From assembly GCA_963713865.1 (NCBI GenBank), contig OY970208.1, forward strand, positions 1,506,449 through 1,570,448: 64,000 nucleotides of DNA, written 5' to 3'. A program made the translations under genes and the position numbers. Origin of the DNA: an uncultured candidate division Zixibacteria bacterium (GTDB lineage: Bacteria; Zixibacteria; MSB-5A5; RBG-16-43-9). Shown piece by piece: positions 60,964-64,000 of this stretch. Every line of letters begins with the position of its first letter. Positions within the stretch are counted from its first letter, which is position 1. Below the pieces are notes generated by a model. It made no database searches. It had not been told where the DNA came from and worked only from the letters and a program-made list of their open reading frames with translations.

Positions 60964-62187
60964 TTAGTATTTAAAAAAATCCGGTTTCAGGACATCGAAT
61001 ATATTAGATACCGGAATTACAGCTTCTCCTCCTCCTACATATTCACCATCTGCATTATAAACCGAAACGGTGTAGTTGCCTGCAAGCAAACCATAAATAT
61101 TGGTAAACAGATCGAAATAGCACATACAGTGGCAAGGGTCTCCTGATTCTTTTTCGTAAACCTTTACCTGAAAGCCTTCTATCAAAACATCTGATTTGAG
61201 GATAGAACAGCAGTTGTAATAAGCATCCTGGTGGGTGATCTGAAGGTCGTTACCGGTTACCTGAATTATGATGCTATCCGGTGAAAAAGATTTCTGCCTA
61301 TTTTCACTTTTACATTCGCTCTGCTGAGAAGTAAAGCCAGATGGCACGGTAGCTATTCCACCCCCCATATACAGTCCAATAGAATTATAATCTGATATAG
61401 TATAGACCCCACTGGACAGGTTCTGGATTAAGGTCTGGAGATCAAAATTACATAAACAGTCACAGATCTCATTACTTGCTTTCTCATAGAGGTCGATCTG
61501 GTAGCCATTTTGTACTATCTCTGTTGTTATAATAGCACAGCAGTTATAAAAAGCATCTTTATGGGTTACCAGGATGCTGTTACCTGTAACCTGGATCAGA
61601 ATAGAATCCGGAGTAGATGGAGATGAACTACCTCCACTTATTGAACTCCTTTCGGAAAGACATTCACTCTGCAGGTTAAGGACTTTACGGGTGCAGGGGG
61701 AGGGACCAGATTTGAAAAGATAGTTTATTAGCCAGACTACATCGGATAGGCTGATTTTTCGGTCCAGGTTACAGTCACCAATCCAGGAGGGATTAGGTGG
61801 ATTCCCGGATTTTAGAAGATAGCTAATTAAATAAATTATATCTGAAATTCCTGAAAGACTGTCTCCATTCATATCTCCGCAGGTATAGCTCAGAAGTGGA
61901 AGCTCTTGGATGCCTTGTGATATTAAAGGAGTACAACTACAGAATTCATCCCTTATACCCGAGATCTCAATATGTTTATTCTGATAGAGATAAAGGTCAA
62001 ATAAATCCAGTTGGACCTGGGTTTCAGCATAACCTGAATCCGGGATTAACCTGGCAAGCACCTGACATCCACAGGTAATTCCTTGTGGATGATAAACTAA
62101 AACACCTTTTTGAGTCTCCAGGGATAAGGCTGAAGAGGAGAGAAATAATAAGATAAATGAAACCAACAAAAAGTTTTTGCAAGACAT
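60964..62187 (-). CDS. secreted protein with a dockerin-type module and three Cys-rich repeats of about 100 aa (unknown function)
   Basis: Signal peptide. CGDMNGDSLSGISDIIYLISYLLKSGNPP...DCNLDRKISLSDVVWLINYLFKSGPSP. Tandem repeats DSIxIQVTGNxLxxTHxDAxYNCC...YEKxSxxxCxCxCxFDL. Confidence 0.6.
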   Translation of the reverse strand: MSCKNFLLVSFILLFLSSSALSLETQKGVLVYHPQGITCGCQVLARLIPDSGYAETQVQLDLFDLYLYQNKHIEISGIRDEFCSCTPLISQGIQELPLLSYTCGDMNGDSLSGISDIIYLISYLLKSGNPPNPSWIGDCNLDRKISLSDVVWLINYLFKSGPSPCTRKVLNLQSECLSERSSISGGSSSPSTPDSILIQVTGNSILVTHKDAFYNCCAIITTEIVQNGYQIDLYEKASNEICDCLCNFDLQTLIQNLSSGVYTISDYNSIGLYMGGGIATVPSGFTSQQSECKSENRQKSFSPDSIIIQVTGNDLQITHQDAYYNCCSILKSDVLIEGFQVKVYEKESGDPCHCMCYFDLFTNIYGLLAGNYTVSVYNADGEYVGGGEAVIPVSNIFDVLKPDFFKY

Positions 62188-62477
62188 AAAATCCTCCAGC
62201 GATGAAGATTAAATTTTGTTTTTCCTGAGATAATTTTAACTCTTAAAAGTGTTTTGTCAAGTAAAATCCACAGATTAATAATACTTAACAGGTAGATTAC
62301 ATCCTAATATTTTACAAAACATTTCGTAGTTTTTAATTGAAGGAAAGGTTTTCTTGCACAGGTAGATATTTTACAAACAAAAACCGACAAAAAGGTTGAA
62401 AACTTATGATCCTTGCCTTATATTAGTGAAAGTTGAACTTAAAAGTAATCTTAGATTAGATACAGGACAGCAAAGGT

Positions 62478-63728
62478 ATGGACATAGAAAAGAAAAACGA
62501 ATGTATCCCGGGAAAGGGCTCGGCTGGATTAGATAGACACTTTTCTTCATTGTTTTTTAAACTGGCAGTCTTCTTCGGGATAATAATACTTGCCTTTGTC
62601 TATGTTTTTTATACCCAATATGTTATTAACCGGCTGAAAGAAGACTCAAGGAGAGTCGTTTCCGCTTATGCCAGGCTCTGGAGTCTGGTAGCCTCTGAAT
62701 CTACTACTGGTGCAGAAATAGATTTAATTTTCGATGAAATTATAAAGAAAAGTAATTTCCCTATAATCGTAACCTCACCTGTAGGAGAACCTCAAGCCTG
62801 GAGAGGTATTGAAATCCCCTGGGACGACACTACCCAGGAGGCCAAGCTCAAGCTCAGGAAACTGGTCAGCAAAATGGATAAAGAAAAAAAACCGATTCCC
62901 ATCTATTATGGTGAGGAGAAAAAAATTATTAATTACCTGCATTATGGTGATTCTGAGTTGATCTCCCAGCTCAGGATTATGCCTTATTTAGAAATAGGGT
63001 TATTGCTGATTGTCATCTGGGTTGGCTTTGTGAGTTTCAGAAATATACAAAGGAGCGAGAAAAGGTCTATCTGGATCGGGATGGCAAAAGAAACTGCTCA
63101 TCAGCTGGGAACACCTATCTCCTCCCTTTTAGGCTGGGCAGAGCTTTTGAAATCCCGCTCAGAAAAGTCCCAAAATGGATCCGCAGGAAAAGATGATTAT
63201 TTGGAAAAAATGGAAATAGATATAAAAAGATTGGAAAAGGTCGCTTGCAGGTTTAGCCAGATAGGTTCTCTGCCGGAATTAAAAGAGACGGAATTGAATG
63301 AGCTGGTCTCAGAAGTGGTGAATTATTTTAAAGAAAGAATCCCTGAAGGTGTAGAGATAAAAGAGAATTTAGGTGAATCGATCAAGCTGGAGATAAATCC
63401 GGAGCTGTTAAGCTGGGTAATAGAGAATCTTCTGAAAAATTCAGTGGAAGCAGTCGAGTCACAAAATGGAAAAATAACGGTTTCGACAGGGATAGATAAA
63501 AGCAGAAGAAACGTATATGTTCTGGTGACGGATAACGGCAGAGGGATTTTGGCAAGGGAGCAGAAAAAGATTTTCACTCCAGGATATACTACAAAAATAA
63601 GAGGCTGGGGTTTGGGCTTGTCCTTAGCTAAAAGGATTGTGGAAGAATACCATAAAGGGAAGATAACTTTAGTAGAGAGCATCCCTAACCAGAAAACGAC
63701 TTTTTCAGTTAGTTTACCCCTGAGATAA
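62478..63728 (+). CDS. sensor histidine kinase (2 TM, HisKA + HATPase_c)
   Basis: H-box ETAHQLGTPISSLLGWAELL and G-box GWGLGLSLAKRIVEE. Confidence 0.85.
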   Translation: MDIEKKNECIPGKGSAGLDRHFSSLFFKLAVFFGIIILAFVYVFYTQYVINRLKEDSRRVVSAYARLWSLVASESTTGAEIDLIFDEIIKKSNFPIIVTSPVGEPQAWRGIEIPWDDTTQEAKLKLRKLVSKMDKEKKPIPIYYGEEKKIINYLHYGDSELISQLRIMPYLEIGLLLIVIWVGFVSFRNIQRSEKRSIWIGMAKETAHQLGTPISSLLGWAELLKSRSEKSQNGSAGKDDYLEKMEIDIKRLEKVACRFSQIGSLPELKETELNELVSEVVNYFKERIPEGVEIKENLGESIKLEINPELLSWVIENLLKNSVEAVESQNGKITVSTGIDKSRRNVYVLVTDNGRGILAREQKKIFTPGYTTKIRGWGLGLSLAKRIVEEYHKGKITLVESIPNQKTTFSVSLPLR

Positions 63729-63883
63729 AAAAAAAGCTGAAAAAGGGCATAGATGAGATGTCAATTTTTAACAGGATAATTTTGGAATGTAAACCTTCAG
63801 GTTTACTCGGGTGAATAAAAGATTTAATAGTAAAGCTAAAGCTTTACTATCCAGGAGTTCTACTAAAAATATTAAGAGGTTCA

Positions 63884-64000
63884 AATGAAGGAAGAGATAA
63901 AAAGCATTCTCTGGGTGGATGATGAGATAGATAAGCTGAAATCCCATATAATTTTCTTGGAGGAGAGGGGATATAAGGTAACCCCGGTCAGTAATGGTGA
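63884..64000 (+). CDS. response regulator receiver domain (3' end beyond the window)
   Basis: [18 protein letters not shown]...ERGYKV. Confidence 0.7.

Overview
This is a low-GC bacterial chromosomal window, probably from an uncultivated lineage or metagenome-assembled genome (MAG). It contains a partial glgA (1-936) followed by three tRNAs (Gly-GCC, Cys-GCA, Leu-TAA) with sigma70-like promoters and hairpin terminators. Next come a B12-binding radical SAM gene, rsmI, and a three-gene inositol-lipid cluster: a sphingomyelin-synthase/PAP2_C-like membrane protein, a CDP-alcohol phosphatidyltransferase and myo-inositol-1-phosphate synthase. These are followed by tmk, an S41 C-terminal peptidase, a TauE/SafE-family transporter with a DUF1634-like partner, and an 840-aa nucleotidyltransferase/phosphomannomutase fusion. 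An 18-kb minus-strand Wzx/Wzy-type polysaccharide locus spans serS to a Wza-like exporter. It carries WecA-like and WbaP-like phosphoglycosyl transferases, an epimerase, five glycosyltransferases, Wzy, a methyltransferase, Wzx, a DegT aminotransferase, a hexapeptide acetyltransferase and a Wzz-like protein. Downstream are two tandem paralogous small 4-TM proteins, rplM-rpsI, a GNAT acetyltransferase, a FolE2-like protein, DoxX, and the rpsB-tsf-pyrH-frr-uppS-cdsA block. That block is interrupted by a four-helix-bundle (23S-IVS-type) gene flanked by inverted repeats. A UbiA prenyltransferase, a PflX-type radical SAM protein, a phasin-like gene, a citryl-CoA-lyase-like gene and a WYL regulator follow. 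The window ends with kdpFABC plus a kinase-less KdpD, a CPBP protease, a sigma-region-4/RHH pair, three secreted proteins on the minus strand (an S8 protease with a dockerin, a beta-propeller-like protein, and a Cys-rich tandem-repeat protein with a dockerin) and a histidine kinase/response regulator pair. Two cross-cutting observations stand out. First, a modular family of short intergenic repeats recurs at seven or more sites. Second, there are at least seven single-base frameshifts in otherwise conserved genes, most at short homopolymers. This pattern points to assembly indel errors, and one such run probably creates an artefactual WecA-WbaP fusion. No CRISPR array, rRNA or obvious mobile element was found.
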